From Candidatus Bathyarchaeota archaeon (GTDB lineage: Archaea; Thermoproteota; Bathyarchaeia; Bathyarchaeales; Bathycorpusculaceae), in the NCBI GenBank assembly GCA_963782525.1, contig CAWAKC010000007.1, forward strand, positions 160,001-224,000: a stretch of DNA of 64,000 nucleotides, in the 5' to 3' direction. Below, one piece after another: positions 38,508 to 47,643 of this stretch (its first letter is position 1; every line of letters starts with the position of its first letter). The notes below the pieces were generated by a model. It worked only from the letters and a program-made list of their open reading frames with translations. It was not told the origin of the DNA and did no database searches. Both the position numbers and the translations under genes were made by a program.

Positions 38508-39941
38508 TTATGGTTGCCATTTTTCAATAAGGTACTTGGGTATCTCTGAGCTGTCGCGTGGTCCAACTTGGACTTTCCAGCCGCTGAGTTCTTCGATTTC
38601 GCCGCTGATGCGTGAGGCTTTGCCAGGGATGATGATTTTGCGGTGTTTGACTTTCTGTTCTATGCCGCTGGCTTTGATTGCTTCTGCGACTCTTTCGGCT
38701 GTGAGTTTGCGTCCTGCGACTCCGCTGTCGATTGCTGAGCCCTCTGTTTCGACGACGATTAAGTAGGCGTTGAGTTTGTTTGCTTCGATGTCTGAGGCGA
38801 CTGTGTAGTAGGTAAGGGCGAAGTTTGATGTGAACATGACTGGTGAGTTCTCGTCTGGGGTGCCGTAGACTTTGAGGCCTGGTGCGACTGCGACTGGTTT
38901 GCGTGGATCAGTGTAGATGTTCTGGCGTAGTACGGTTGTTGGTAGGAGTGCCCATCCGTCGTTGCCGTGCATGATTAATACGTCTGCGTACCGGACTACG
39001 AGCATGGATGCAATGTATGCTTCGCGCCATTTTACGAGGTCGTCTGCTGTTTCGCCTTTATCTACCCAAGCGACCATGGGGACGCCGAGTAGAGGTAAGC
39101 CTGCGAGTTCTTCGCCGCCTTTGGTTGCTGCTCTTCGGAGCATGGTAAAGTTGTCGATTGTGTCTGGTAAGCCTTCGTTTATGAATGTGCCAGGGTCTAG
39201 GACGATGTCTTTTACGCCGTAAGCCATCAGGGTTTTTGCGAGTGAGACGAGGGTTGTTAGGTCGTTTGGTGCAGATGCGACTATTGGGCAATCGTACATT
39301 AAAGCGAGTTCTGCCATGTCTTTCCAGTTGGTTTGGTTTGCTGCGTAGAGGAGTGGTCTTGCTTTTGGTGCTGCCATTAAGCCTGCTTCAGCGATTGCTG
39401 GGCTCATGGTGCAGAGAATCATAGGCAACTTTGTGGTATCTGAAACTTTTTTGACTGTTGCCTTGAATTTGTCTGCATCACCTGAAGTGCAACGAACTGC
39501 TATCATGTCGAGTTTTAGGGTGTTTCCGATGTATTCGAAAGTAAAGTTATCTGTTTTTTGGACGCGTGAGACAATTTCGGCATCGCTCATTTCGTCAGTT
39601 ACGTCGATTGCGATGGCTGTTGGGTTTTTATATGTGAATTCGTGGCGGTACATGACTAGTTTGCCGCCGATTTTTTTGGCTTTGTCGCCGACGCCTACGA
39701 TGACTTCTTTGACTGCTGGTTTTAGGAGTTCTTTGAGTACAGCGTATGCTTTGGCGTTTTCGGGTTTGAGGAGTGGTTTGCAACTGTCGAGTTCTACTTC
39801 GCGGTTGACAATTTTTGTGGCGAATGCCATGCAGTTGTTGACGCCGCATTCTTTGCAGTTAATTTTTGGCAAGCTCTTGTAAATGGTTATGGGGCTTAGT
39901 TCTTTTAATCCGCCTTTTTTCTTTTCTGCCATATTAGTCAT
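38508..39941 (-). CDS. cdhE: ACDS complex gamma subunit (corrinoid Fe-S protein large subunit)
   Basis: LPKINCKECG..CMAFA, YTDPRKP, NFALTY, GPRDS. Confidence 0.96.
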   Translation of the reverse strand: MTNMAEKKKGGLKELSPITIYKSLPKINCKECGVNNCMAFATKIVNREVELDSCKPLLKPENAKAYAVLKELLKPAVKEVIVGVGDKAKKIGGKLVMYRHEFTYKNPTAIAIDVTDEMSDAEIVSRVQKTDNFTFEYIGNTLKLDMIAVRCTSGDADKFKATVKKVSDTTKLPMILCTMSPAIAEAGLMAAPKARPLLYAANQTNWKDMAELALMYDCPIVASAPNDLTTLVSLAKTLMAYGVKDIVLDPGTFINEGLPDTIDNFTMLRRAATKGGEELAGLPLLGVPMVAWVDKGETADDLVKWREAYIASMLVVRYADVLIMHGNDGWALLPTTVLRQNIYTDPRKPVAVAPGLKVYGTPDENSPVMFTSNFALTYYTVASDIEANKLNAYLIVVETEGSAIDSGVAGRKLTAERVAEAIKASGIEQKVKHRKIIIPGKASRISGEIEELSGWKVQVGPRDSSEIPKYLIEKWQP

Positions 39942-39947
39942 GTCTCC

Positions 39948-41189
39948 TTAAGCTTTCACTGTGACCCAGTTTGCGTATTTTGATGGGTCTGCTTTTTTGC
40001 CGCTTGTTAGGTAGTTTGTGACGTCTTTTAGTGTTTTTACTGCTGCTGGATGCATCATCATGAATAGGTCTACGCCTGCAAGCAACAGTGTTATGGCTGT
40101 TGTTACTTCCCAGAGTGGACCTCTGAGTTCGCGTGGTTCCCATTGAGCATCCATCTTTAGCCAGGCTTCTCTTGCTGCCCAAGCGTTGGTTGTGCCTGAG
40201 GACATTGGGTGTGCGAGTTCAATGTCGCCCATTAAGCCGCCGATTCTTGCGCGTTCCATGTTTGTGAATGCGTAATCTAAGCCGTAGCCTAAGGCTGCTG
40301 TGGTTAGGTCCATAACGATGTCTTCTCTTGCGACGTAGTCATAGAGGCGTCTGTTTAATTCGCGTGCCAAGTTGAGGTCCATTGGTGTGAATGAGAGGAT
40401 TGCGTGGCCTGCTTTTTTGATGAATTTTGCGCATTTTTCGACATCCATGTCGCGTGTGACTGAGCTAATTAGGAAACGTTCGCCTGGGAATTGTGCGCAT
40501 ACTTCTTCGAAGACCGCTGTGTCTTTAACTGGGTCGCCGCATCCGCCTATAACGAGTGGAACGTCAACTGCTTGCAGGACTTTCTCTATGGTTTTGCATG
40601 CATCTTTTGGTGTTGCATCTTTGAGTAGTGGATCTACACTGATTAGGTGCATTGTAACCATGTCTGCGCCGAATTTGTCAACAGCAAGTTTTGCCCAAGC
40701 TGCGGGGTCGCCGACGACGTCTTTAACGTGCATCTTTACGGCCTTTGACAGTGGAACTTCCATGTCGAAAACGTCTAAGGTTACAATTGGTTTGTGTGTT
40801 GTTGGTGCTTCAAAATTGTAGTAAGCGGGAGATACTTCTCCGCCTATGAGGAATGATTTGCCGCGTGTTCCGCCTTCGCTTTTTGTTGCCCCTAGTTTTA
40901 CTGTGGTGATTTTGTTCGGGTATTTTTCGATTGGTGGTAAAAAGGGTACTTGCAGCATGCTTAGTGGTTTGCCACCTGCTATTGCCGCGGTTGGTGGAAG
41001 CTTAAGTTTAGGCATTATTTGGCCTGCTGCGCCTGATTCGAAGATGATTTCGAGTTCTTTAGCATCAATTTGGAAGTCTTCCAGCTCAATGGTCTGGAAT
41101 TTTGCAAGAGCTGCTAGTAGGTCTTCGCTTAGCTGTAGTCCTTCAGCGTCTTTCTTTTTGTCGTTGTCGTTTTGGGGCGTTGAAATCAC
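39948..41189 (-). CDS. cdhD: ACDS complex delta subunit (corrinoid Fe-S protein small subunit)
   Basis: LGATKSEGGTR, ALGYGLDY, NAWAAREAW, MMHP. Confidence 0.96.
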   Translation of the reverse strand: MISTPQNDNDKKKDAEGLQLSEDLLAALAKFQTIELEDFQIDAKELEIIFESGAAGQIMPKLKLPPTAAIAGGKPLSMLQVPFLPPIEKYPNKITTVKLGATKSEGGTRGKSFLIGGEVSPAYYNFEAPTTHKPIVTLDVFDMEVPLSKAVKMHVKDVVGDPAAWAKLAVDKFGADMVTMHLISVDPLLKDATPKDACKTIEKVLQAVDVPLVIGGCGDPVKDTAVFEEVCAQFPGERFLISSVTRDMDVEKCAKFIKKAGHAILSFTPMDLNLARELNRRLYDYVAREDIVMDLTTAALGYGLDYAFTNMERARIGGLMGDIELAHPMSSGTTNAWAAREAWLKMDAQWEPRELRGPLWEVTTAITLLLAGVDLFMMMHPAAVKTLKDVTNYLTSGKKADPSKYANWVTVKA

Positions 41190-42598
41190 CGTTTGTCTTT
41201 GTTGTCTTTAACGGTTGTGATGATGACTTTGTTAGCGTAGATTTTTGCGTCTTTGAGTATGATTTTGAATCCGCCGGCCATAATTGGCATTGAGCTCATC
41301 GTTGCGACTGGCATCATGGTGCCTGCTGCTTCTTCGTTAACGGTTATGGCTTGTGCTTCTGCTGCTGGTGCTGCTTCTGCTGCCCATCTTGCTACGACTG
41401 GGTGATTCTTTGCTTTCAGGAATACTTTGAGTTCATCGACATTCTTGGCATCTTCTTCGGTTGCAATTTTGTCAACGACGTCTGCTGGGATGAAGTCTTT
41501 TACTTTTTCTTTTACTTCTTTAGGTACCCAAACGATGCGGTTCCATCCACCATCTGCAGCAAAGAATTTTTTGCTTCGCATGTATTCGATGGACATTCCG
41601 TGGAATCCGTCTATCTGTCGTCCGCCTGCTGCTGAATCTGCAAGGGTGCTGAAGGGTAAGCCGTTTACGGCTGCGCCTTTGAAGTTTCTTTGAACTACGC
41701 CTAATCCGTCAACTTCTGGGATATAGAAGGTTACTGCTTCGAAGCATCCGCATGAAGTGTGTGGATGGTCAAATGCTGTGTAGAGCCAGACCTTGGTGAC
41801 TTCGCCCATGCTGCGTTTCTTTGCGGCTTCGTTAACACCGCTGAATTCGCCTTTCTCTTCGTTGATCATTTCGCCTCGTGGAATTGCGAAGACTGGACCC
41901 TTAGGATCGATGCTTGCTGAGGCTTTACCGTCAAACCAGCTGATTGCACCGCAGTTGCTGTATCTTTGTGGAGTGATAATGCAGACGTGGCTTGGTGCGA
42001 ATGATTGGCAGAGTGCACATCCATAGAATGTGTCAACTTCGCTGTCTTTGAGGCCTCTGGCTTTTGCATCGCGTGATTCGTAGGCTTGCATTGCGTCAGG
42101 AGTCATTTCTTCGAGTTTTTTGGGGTCTGTTACGAAGGTAATTTGTACTTTCTCAATGATTGGTAGTTCACTTTTGAAGAGTCGCAGAAGTACTTGGCCG
42201 ATTGGTTCAAAACTGTTTAAGCCTTTAGCGAAGGATTTTTTGCCGATGCGTATCCAGATGTCATAGCGCTGGTTTAGGTGCATAAAGCCCTCGATGTAGT
42301 TTAGGTATCCGTGAATGCGTCTTTCTATGACACCTTCAAGGCCTGCATCGAGTTTTGCGCCTGCTGCTTCAACGAGGATGCCGAATGGGTATGCGCCGCC
42401 TTCTTTTAGGTCTTTTAAGTCTGGGCCAAGAATGGTGATTTTGCCATCTTGGATTTCATTCATGGGTTTTACTTTTGCCAATTCAAACTTTTGTTTGACT
42501 GTGGGTCCGCCGAGTTCTATTTGCATGTCGTTTCTTCGGATACGTTCTCCTTCGTAGATTACGCCAACTTCAACAGGTATATCTTTAAACATTGACAT
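41186..42598 (-). CDS. cdhC: ACDS complex beta subunit (acetyl-CoA synthase)
   Basis: YEGERIR, CALCQSFAP, HTSCGCFE. Confidence 0.97.
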   Translation of the reverse strand: MSMFKDIPVEVGVIYEGERIRRNDMQIELGGPTVKQKFELAKVKPMNEIQDGKITILGPDLKDLKEGGAYPFGILVEAAGAKLDAGLEGVIERRIHGYLNYIEGFMHLNQRYDIWIRIGKKSFAKGLNSFEPIGQVLLRLFKSELPIIEKVQITFVTDPKKLEEMTPDAMQAYESRDAKARGLKDSEVDTFYGCALCQSFAPSHVCIITPQRYSNCGAISWFDGKASASIDPKGPVFAIPRGEMINEEKGEFSGVNEAAKKRSMGEVTKVWLYTAFDHPHTSCGCFEAVTFYIPEVDGLGVVQRNFKGAAVNGLPFSTLADSAAGGRQIDGFHGMSIEYMRSKKFFAADGGWNRIVWVPKEVKEKVKDFIPADVVDKIATEEDAKNVDELKVFLKAKNHPVVARWAAEAAPAAEAQAITVNEEAAGTMMPVATMSSMPIMAGGFKIILKDAKIYANKVIITTVKDNKDKR

Positions 42599-42601
42599 TT
42601 T

Positions 42602-43147
42602 TTAATTTCCTCCTTCATTAAATTTTGAGGTCATTACTTTGAGGTTTACAGCCCAATCTTCTAGGCTTGCGTTGGGGAAAGACCAGCTTGCGTGTACATG
42701 ATAGAGGTTGTCGATAGTCATGGTCTTTAGGTCGGGTGCGAAGTGCTTGAGCCCCGAGAGGATAAGCGCTTCCATATAGTAGGGTAAGCCAACGAATATG
42801 ACAAGGTCAGGGTGTCCTTTGCCGTCGAGTCCTTGCCATGTTGGGTCAACGACTCTCTGGCCTATGTCCATTGCGGTCATGAAGCTTGCGGGAGTGTACC
42901 CTCGTTTTATGAATTCACCGACCATGTGGGCTGTTGCTACTACTGGAACTTTAGAGGCGTTAGCGAAATCGATTAGATAATCGATTAGTTGTCGTCCATC
43001 CATCCAGCGTTCAGTGGCGTTGCTCCCCACAATAAGGAGGGGGCGAGCGGCTCTTTTGATCATTGCTACTGCTATCTCGGGCTTTTGGATTGGGTTTGCT
43101 TTTTTAGTTGCAGCTATTTCTGCACATTGCCATGGTTCACACGACAT
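42602..43147 (-). CDS. cdhB: ACDS complex epsilon subunit
   Basis: AARPLLIVG, WQGLDGKG, LKHFAP. Confidence 0.93.
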   Translation of the reverse strand: MSCEPWQCAEIAATKKANPIQKPEIAVAMIKRAARPLLIVGSNATERWMDGRQLIDYLIDFANASKVPVVATAHMVGEFIKRGYTPASFMTAMDIGQRVVDPTWQGLDGKGHPDLVIFVGLPYYMEALILSGLKHFAPDLKTMTIDNLYHVHASWSFPNASLEDWAVNLKVMTSKFNEGGN

Positions 43148-43153
43148 TCATAA

Positions 43154-45502
43154 TCACTCCTTAATTTTCCTGATCATTCTTGGAAGCATTGTCGGGTCAG
43201 GAATTATTGATTCCTTCCATCCTTTTGCTTTCAGAATTTCATTGATTTCATCTTTCATGGTTATGGGTATGTCAGCTGTTGTTCGAACGAACATGTCGAT
43301 GTCTGGAGGCATTACGCCGTAGTGACGCTTGTGTAAGTCGATATAGTGTGTTAGTTTTCCCATGCGCCCTTTCCATGTGTCGTTGGGTCTTAGGCATAAC
43401 TTTGCAATTTGGACCATTGCTTCTTGCGGGGTTTCGACTGTTTGGAAGAGATGTTCTGGTGTGGGACCGACGTTTACTTTATCGCCTGTACGTGCATCGT
43501 AAACTTCCCAGTTTTCAGGTTTATCTGATCTACCCATTAGCATACGACGGTATTTGCTACCGTGTGGACCAACGAGTACTGGAACGCCTAAACTCCAGAA
43601 GCCTGCTGCAATTGATGCTGCTTTTTGTGAATATGCACCCCAAGCTAAACCGACTGCGCCCACACGGTTGTGTATGTAGTCAGCGATTTCTTCATAGTTT
43701 CCTCGTAGGTTGCGTTTGGCGAAGATGTTTGCTACTTTGATTGCTGCGCCTGCGATGTGTGGGTTAGAAACGCATGATCCGACATTTAGTACACCGCCAG
43801 CTTCGAAGCCGCCTGGGAATTCTTCGTAGAGTGTCTTGCCTTCGTCATTTTTGTAGGAACCAGCAGACATAGCTGAGCAACCAGAAGTCACTACGATGTA
43901 TCGTCGTGAAGCGAATTCTCTACAGATATCATATACGTCTTTACCTCCATGTGGATAGTTAGCGCAACCGACTAATGCAACAATTCCCGGAATTTCACCT
44001 AGTACGATTGGACCACCGACACTCCTGATTTCAACATCTGACACAGCACCTCTTCCTGAGCGACAGAAGTTCGTTTCTTCGAGCATTTTCTTCTCGCCGA
44101 CTTTCAGTATGAAGCTGTGGATTTCTAGTTTCACAGGGCAAGCTTGTTCGCATCTTCCACATCCAATGCATTCCTCATATAACGCAGCAAGTTTAGAGTA
44201 ATCACCTTCAGCAGCCGCCTTCACTGCAGGTTCAATGCTAAGGTCTTGAGGGCAACTTCTTTGACACATGTTGCAGTGACGACATTTCTTTGCGAGTTCC
44301 TTGATTTGCGCTAATTCTGGAAGTGACTTCATTTTTTTGCGGATTGGAGCAATTTTTTGCGCTACTCTTACAGCAACTTCGCCGACTTTATCAGGGTCAA
44401 GAATTAGAACGCCTGCCACTTTGCCGCTAACGAGGTCTTCAACAATTTGGTCTGCAGGATCGTTTGTGCGGTCTTTGTAACCTATACAGTTTTTCTCTGA
44501 CGCGGCAATGACGGGAGCTTTAACACGTTCAGCCTCGAGTGAAGCATCTGTGCGTACACATTGTTCGTCTAGAACCACGACGTCTGCAAATCCGCCGCGT
44601 ATGAATCGAAGTTCCCACGAAATTGGTCCAACGATTTTTCCGCGGTCGAAATATCTTGTATTGTCAATGGCAGTGCAACATAAGCCAACTACTTCCATTT
44701 TATCGTCAAGTTTGTGGTCTTTCATGTAATCAATAATTCCGACTGAAGGCACGACGTTGTGACCAATGCACATGATAACTGGTTTCTTTTGATCAACTGT
44801 TCCAATACCCATCTGGATCAGTGGAGCTTCAGGATCTGCCTTTGGGAAGCCGAGAGTTGAAATCTGAGCAAGATCTGCTATTTCCATGCCTACTTGGTCC
44901 ATTCTACCTGCATGAAATGCTTTGGATTCAAAATCTAAATTATTTGATTCTTGGCCTGTATGTGCAGCAGAAACTAGATGGGTAATTTGTGATTCAGTGT
45001 ATGATAAAATATCGTCTAAGTCGCCAAGGGTCTCAGGTTTTACTCCGGTGATAAGCCTTGTACATGGCGCTTCAACTTTAACGTTTAATCCTCCCACATC
45101 GAGTGGAAACCTTCGACCGTATTTTTCAATTAAATGGTCAACAACATGCCGAGCGTGACCGTTATGGGTTGCAGCGCCAATACAACAAGCGATAAGCACA
45201 ATACGAGATGACTGAGCTGCAATGTCGAGTCCACATGCACCGCGTTTCCCAGCAGTCAAGTCACATTTTCCGTATGTACAAAGGCAGCATAGGTCGCAAT
45301 CAGGCATGTAGAAGGGCTTGTACTTGTTGAGCAGCATCATGTCCCAATCTCGCAGGGTAGTTATGTGGGGCATTGGAGTTGGACCCATTGGTTCAGTCCA
45401 GTTATCGTTGACAACTTTGCCAATGGATAATTCAAGATTTTTAATAAGACCACTACTGGTCTTCATTTCGTCTATTTTTACATGGACGTTTTTACTAGTC
45501 AA
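43154..45502 (-). CDS. cdhA: ACDS complex alpha subunit (CO dehydrogenase)
   Basis: CDLCCLCTYGKC, GHN, GLCCT, DEQC, two 4Fe-4S motifs, GSCVSN. Confidence 0.97.
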   Translation of the reverse strand: MTSKNVHVKIDEMKTSSGLIKNLELSIGKVVNDNWTEPMGPTPMPHITTLRDWDMMLLNKYKPFYMPDCDLCCLCTYGKCDLTAGKRGACGLDIAAQSSRIVLIACCIGAATHNGHARHVVDHLIEKYGRRFPLDVGGLNVKVEAPCTRLITGVKPETLGDLDDILSYTESQITHLVSAAHTGQESNNLDFESKAFHAGRMDQVGMEIADLAQISTLGFPKADPEAPLIQMGIGTVDQKKPVIMCIGHNVVPSVGIIDYMKDHKLDDKMEVVGLCCTAIDNTRYFDRGKIVGPISWELRFIRGGFADVVVLDEQCVRTDASLEAERVKAPVIAASEKNCIGYKDRTNDPADQIVEDLVSGKVAGVLILDPDKVGEVAVRVAQKIAPIRKKMKSLPELAQIKELAKKCRHCNMCQRSCPQDLSIEPAVKAAAEGDYSKLAALYEECIGCGRCEQACPVKLEIHSFILKVGEKKMLEETNFCRSGRGAVSDVEIRSVGGPIVLGEIPGIVALVGCANYPHGGKDVYDICREFASRRYIVVTSGCSAMSAGSYKNDEGKTLYEEFPGGFEAGGVLNVGSCVSNPHIAGAAIKVANIFAKRNLRGNYEEIADYIHNRVGAVGLAWGAYSQKAASIAAGFWSLGVPVLVGPHGSKYRRMLMGRSDKPENWEVYDARTGDKVNVGPTPEHLFQTVETPQEAMVQIAKLCLRPNDTWKGRMGKLTHYIDLHKRHYGVMPPDIDMFVRTTADIPITMKDEINEILKAKGWKESIIPDPTMLPRMIRKIKE

Positions 45503-45637
45503 AGTGTAAACCTCTGTAAAGGTTTATGTCTATGCTGCAATACAGACCTTTTAAACCTTTCCTGATTTTTTCGGCAAAAGTCACGATACCGTTACAGATA
45601 TGCAAGATTTCCTAAAATTACGTAAAAGATTGGGGGA

Positions 45638-46402
45638 TTATAAATAACCCAAGGATTTGAGGATGTTCTTTACCGAAAGGAACGCTTTGTTGTCTTTTGA
45701 GAGCTCAAGGAGGGATTTTCCATCCAAAACATACCCATCTAACTCGTCATCAGCCTCGATTTTGCCCAAATACTTGAATTTTAAGTCAGCTTCAGCTTGC
45801 TTGCCCAGTTCAGCCGGGAAACGGTAGCCGCCAACTATGTAAAAGTTTTCGAACTGCATGTCAACTTCTTTAGCTATTTTGTAAGCACGTCTGACATGAT
45901 CTTGAGACTTCTTTGAATGATCCAATATGTCGAATACATCGTTAACGTTTGAGGTTATGCGTCGGTTGAGGTTTTCGAGCCCAGCCGGGGAATCTATTAG
46001 TACATACTTATAGGTTTTAGTCAGGTTTTCCAGAGCACCTTTTAGTGCAGAGTTGGGCATGCAGTAGCACCCTTCCACCCATTTCGTCCCTACAGCCATA
46101 AAATCGAAGTTTTTGCTTTCATAGAGCCCGTTTTCCCAAATCCGGCTTTCAATGCGTTGGGTTGGTGGAACTCCAACTGTGGTGCCGCCGCCTTTGATAA
46201 AGGTGCTCACTATGAGGTCGGCTATGGTCGATTTACCCGCTTCTTTGAGGTCTACCCCAAGCATCTCCGCAAGGTTCTGGTCAGGATCAGCATCAACCAA
46301 AAGTATCGGGGCTTGATTAGCTTCAATGAAGGCTTTTGCCATAAGAGCGGTGAAGCTGGATTTCCCTGTTCCACCGCGACCAATAGTAACCAAAGTTTTC
46401 AT
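45638..46402 (-). CDS. cooC: CooC/AcsF-type nickel insertion ATPase
   Basis: GRGGTGKS, VDADPD, GCYC, DSPAGLE; ATG 46402 preferred over track 46411. Confidence 0.88.
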   Translation of the reverse strand: MKTLVTIGRGGTGKSSFTALMAKAFIEANQAPILLVDADPDQNLAEMLGVDLKEAGKSTIADLIVSTFIKGGGTTVGVPPTQRIESRIWENGLYESKNFDFMAVGTKWVEGCYCMPNSALKGALENLTKTYKYVLIDSPAGLENLNRRITSNVNDVFDILDHSKKSQDHVRRAYKIAKEVDMQFENFYIVGGYRFPAELGKQAEADLKFKYLGKIEADDELDGYVLDGKSLLELSKDNKAFLSVKNILKSLGYL

Positions 46403-46620
46403 ACAAAACAACCTCGTGCTTGTGCTGTTTTCTTAATCAACGCTCGCATATATTGTCTATGGTCTTAATTGGTGCGTTTCGTTATTTTTAACCCTTCAAA
46501 ATTATTTTTTTTAATGAAGAAGAGGTAGGAACCAAAGAAGTTTTAAATCTCGGATAAGATTATTGAATACTGGAGAAATAATCGCTAATTTTACAGAACT
46601 TCCACAATGGAGGTGATTTT

Positions 46621-46905
46621 ATGTTATATGAAGCTACACATTCTCATCCAGCAGCACAATGCCCGCTCCTAAGTGCTGAAGGAAAAGCCATGCTCAAGCA
46701 GCTTTTCTCAGAGCAGAATATAAAAAATGCTGGAATAAACTTGACCGCTGCCTACATGAGTTGCCCCCAAGACACGGCTGTGGACCACAAAGGTTTCTTT
46801 ACAATAGAAGCCCAAAGCCCTGAAGCAGTCAAAAAATTCTTCGGCTCAATGACAACTGAAGTAAGGCCAGTTAAACAGTTAAGTGAAGTTGCAAAAACTT
46901 TGTAG
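46621..46905 (+). CDS. small hypothetical protein (H-x-H-x4-C-P motif)
   Basis: GGAGGTGA RBS; HSHPAAQCP, HKGFF. Confidence 0.7.
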   Translation: MLYEATHSHPAAQCPLLSAEGKAMLKQLFSEQNIKNAGINLTAAYMSCPQDTAVDHKGFFTIEAQSPEAVKKFFGSMTTEVRPVKQLSEVAKTL

Positions 46906-47093
46906 TTAACGATTTTTCTATCCTTTCAGCAACACTACTTTTTCTAATATGCCTATAAAAGTATAAAATGAAACGAGAGATAAGAAAATATTGCCAATTA
47001 TCCGTAATAACAAAATTAGTTCAATATCCTAAAAAATCTGTGCTAAGAATACCAGCTAGGAGACATTAATGCAAATAATTTTCACTATTGAAA

Positions 47094-47537
47094 TTAAAGA
47101 ATGCCTAAAATGTGTATTAGCGCACCGTTGATTATAGATACTACCCAAATGACGAAGATCGGGGTCATCCATTTTCTCCACCTTACGCAACCCAATTTTG
47201 CTGGTCCTCCACACAACCATACTGCAATCAAAATAATCCCCAACGCCTCGGCGGCTGTGCCCAAAACTACGTGTGACCAAACGGTCACTGAAGCAAATAG
47301 AGAAAGCCCGCCAAGTTCGCTCAAACCATTTGTGAAGGTTGGAACCATGACTAAAAATATTAGAGCAGTATGCAAGGTAAGTGCAATAACAGTCGAGTAC
47401 CCATGCAATATAAAATTCTTCCTATTGCTTGGGCCCCTAAAAAACGGCAGACCCAATATCAACAAAAACAAAATCACAATCTGAAGTGATAAACTTACGT
47501 TACCAACAGGATCTAACGCTACAAAAGAAAACAACAA
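47094..47537 (-). CDS. 4-TM membrane protein with intramembrane His residues (DUF420/cytochrome b-like)
   Basis: LHGY, LHT, WSHVVLG in TM helices. Confidence 0.65.
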   Translation of the reverse strand: MLFSFVALDPVGNVSLSLQIVILFLLILGLPFFRGPSNRKNFILHGYSTVIALTLHTALIFLVMVPTFTNGLSELGGLSLFASVTVWSHVVLGTAAEALGIILIAVWLCGGPAKLGCVRWRKWMTPIFVIWVVSIINGALIHILGIL

Positions 47538-47643
47538 CTCGCACCAACCGTTTTAAAGCTATCACTGAATAGGATTAATGCTTAATTTATTTTAGTTTCG
47601 GAATTAACTAATATCGTAGCCTGAACTTCTAATAATATTAGAA

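Noticed and set aside
38536-45509. Many 60-160 aa opposite-strand or alternate-frame ORFs in cdh and pur genes
   Set aside because: Shadow ORFs of strongly conserved, codon-biased genes, with no motifs of their own.
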